DNA of 32,000 nt, from assembly GCF_013365495.1 (NCBI RefSeq), contig NZ_CP046580.1:690001-722000 (forward strand), written 5' to 3'. Numbering within the stretch: position 1 is the first letter of the stretch; each line of letters opens with the position of its first letter. The translations under genes and the position numbers were made by a program. Below the pieces are notes generated by a model. The model did no database searches. It was not told where the DNA came from and saw only the letters and a program-made list of their open reading frames with translations. The DNA is from Candidatus Saccharimonadota bacterium (lineage in GTDB: Bacteria > Pseudomonadota > Alphaproteobacteria > Rickettsiales > Anaplasmataceae). Positions 30,775-32,000 of this stretch are shown here, piece after piece.

Positions 30775-32000
30775 TATTTAACTCGTATAAGATTAAAACA
30801 TGCTACTAGATTAAAAATAGAAACAATACTCACAAGTAAAGATAACCTATTTTTCCTCAGCTTATTAGAAACACAATTAATCTTCACATTGTTCATAAAT
30901 TGATTAATAAATGGAACAAAACCATTAAGTTCACTAAGCGCTGTATTAAAGCAACCATTTTTTATCGCTTGTTTAATGCTCATACAAATATTGATAGCAC
31001 GATTTGACAGTTCTATTTCTTCACTTTTAATCAAAAATTTTTCATCATAAAACGCACTATAAAGAATAGCATCATTTCTTTCTGCCTTGCCAACTATATT
31101 ACTCATCCTTTTATAAGTATTTAGTATCTGCTTTCCTTCAGGCGTATCAAGATAACAATCTAATATAACAGCTTGCTTCTCTACTGTCAGTAAATCATCA
31201 ATATCAGCAGTTTTATATAATATTGAACCCACAACATCTTGCCTCAAACCTTTACTCTTCAAAATAACCCTAAATCTCTCTAAACAAAACTTAAGTACAA
31301 GTTTTGAAACCTGCTCCCTATTTAGCTTATCTGATTGATTAATTGATACTTCATTTTCAGCAAATGTAGCTCTTGAATATAAAGAAATTGACTTACTTAT
31401 CAATAGTCTGATTGGAACATGTAAATTATTCTCAAGTACTATTCTAATTATACCAATCGTCATTCTCCGCAAACCAAACTGATCATATGAACCTGATATC
31501 TTCTCACCTGCTGCAATTAAACCCACTAAACTATCTATTTTATCAGCAATAGCTACAGCAATCGTAGTAGGAGACTTAGGGCACTTTTGTTTTGGTCCAA
31601 TTGGCTTATAATGCTCAGTTATAGCTTCAACTATCTCTTTATCTTCTTGAAAACAAGAAGCATAATACCCACCCATTATTCCTTGTAACCCTGGAAATTC
31701 TCTTACTATTGATGTTGCAAGATCTGCTTTTGCTAAGTATGCAGCATGTCCAACTTTAGTCAACGAAGCATATGGAACATACATAGCTATATATTTTGAC
31801 AAAACTATAATGCGCTTTACCTTTTCCCCAACACTCCCGAGCGAAGTATGAGATAATATCAAATCTAATTTTCTAACATAATAATCAAGATTTTCCTTTT
31901 TATCTTGGGATATCAAAAATTGCGCATCAGCAAGACGTGCCTCCAATACTCTTTCATATCCTTTGATAACTTCATCATTATTGATATTAACAACAGTAAC
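30774..32000 (-). CDS. glyS: glycine--tRNA ligase beta subunit (C-terminal part; 5' end outside the window)
   Basis: The frame is open to base 32000. The ORF-track M at 31946 is an internal TTG (Leu). LGSVGEKVKRI, FPGLQGIMGGYYA, EHYKPIGP, IADKIDSLVG and DQFGLRR are GlyS motifs. The TAA stop shares one base with the uvrC ATG (TAATG). Confidence 0.9.
   Translation of the reverse strand, partial: VTVVNINNDEVIKGYERVLEARLADAQFLISQDKKENLDYYVRKLDLILSHTSLGSVGEKVKRIIVLSKYIAMYVPYASLTKVGHAAYLAKADLATSIVREFPGLQGIMGGYYASCFQEDKEIVEAITEHYKPIGPKQKCPKSPTTIAVAIADKIDSLVGLIAAGEKISGSYDQFGLRRMTIGIIRIVLENNLHVPIRLLISKSISLYSRATFAENEVSINQSDKLNREQVSKLVLKFCLERFRVILKSKGLRQDVVGSILYKTADIDDLLTVEKQAVILDCYLDTPEGKQILNTYKRMSNIVGKAERNDAILYSAFYDEKFLIKSEEIELSNRAINICMSIKQAIKNGCFNTALSELNGFVPFINQFMNNVKINCVSNKLRKNRLSLLVSIVSIFNLVACFNLIRVK

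Overview
Very AT-rich segment with the hallmarks of an Anaplasmataceae (Rickettsiales) chromosome, most consistent by eye with an Ehrlichia-type genome. It has a 23S-5S rRNA pair with no 16S or spacer tRNAs. Housekeeping genes are scattered rather than in canonical operons (pstC alone, atpD-atpC without atpA/G, tatA alone). pgk and tal are present, and there are several 0.7-1.5 kb non-coding spacers. I can support 25 protein-coding genes: midA-like (partial), two small unknowns, dapD, a RodA/FtsW-type SEDS protein, an MnhD/NuoN-like antiporter subunit, an NDUFA12-like protein, tatA, two tandem ExoD-family paralogues, cysS, a YqaA/DedA-like protein, pgk, a TrxR-type ferredoxin-NADP reductase, tal, atpC, atpD, pstC, rpmH, rnpA, one small unknown, a TPR-methyltransferase, nrdA, ruvX, uvrC and glyS (partial). 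There is also one tRNA-Arg(CCU), a 5S and a 23S rRNA. Three genes are missing from the ORF track: midA-like (no stop in window), tatA (55 aa) and rpmH (44 aa). I see no transposase, integrase, phage, CRISPR or recognisable defence or toxin genes, and nothing I would defend as a novel multi-gene system. The points most worth a second look are: (1) uvrC stops just before its helix-hairpin-helix tail, with what reads as an in-frame decayed relic downstream; (2) an old tandem duplication of ExoD-family genes including their upstream DNA; (3) strongly G-depleted, A/C-rich spacers; (4) a two-ORF cassette of unknown function separated by a single in-frame TAG; (5) perfect processing-stem inverted repeats around the rRNAs; (6) short tandem repeats in two upstream regions. 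Coordinates of features I located by hand may be off by a base or two.
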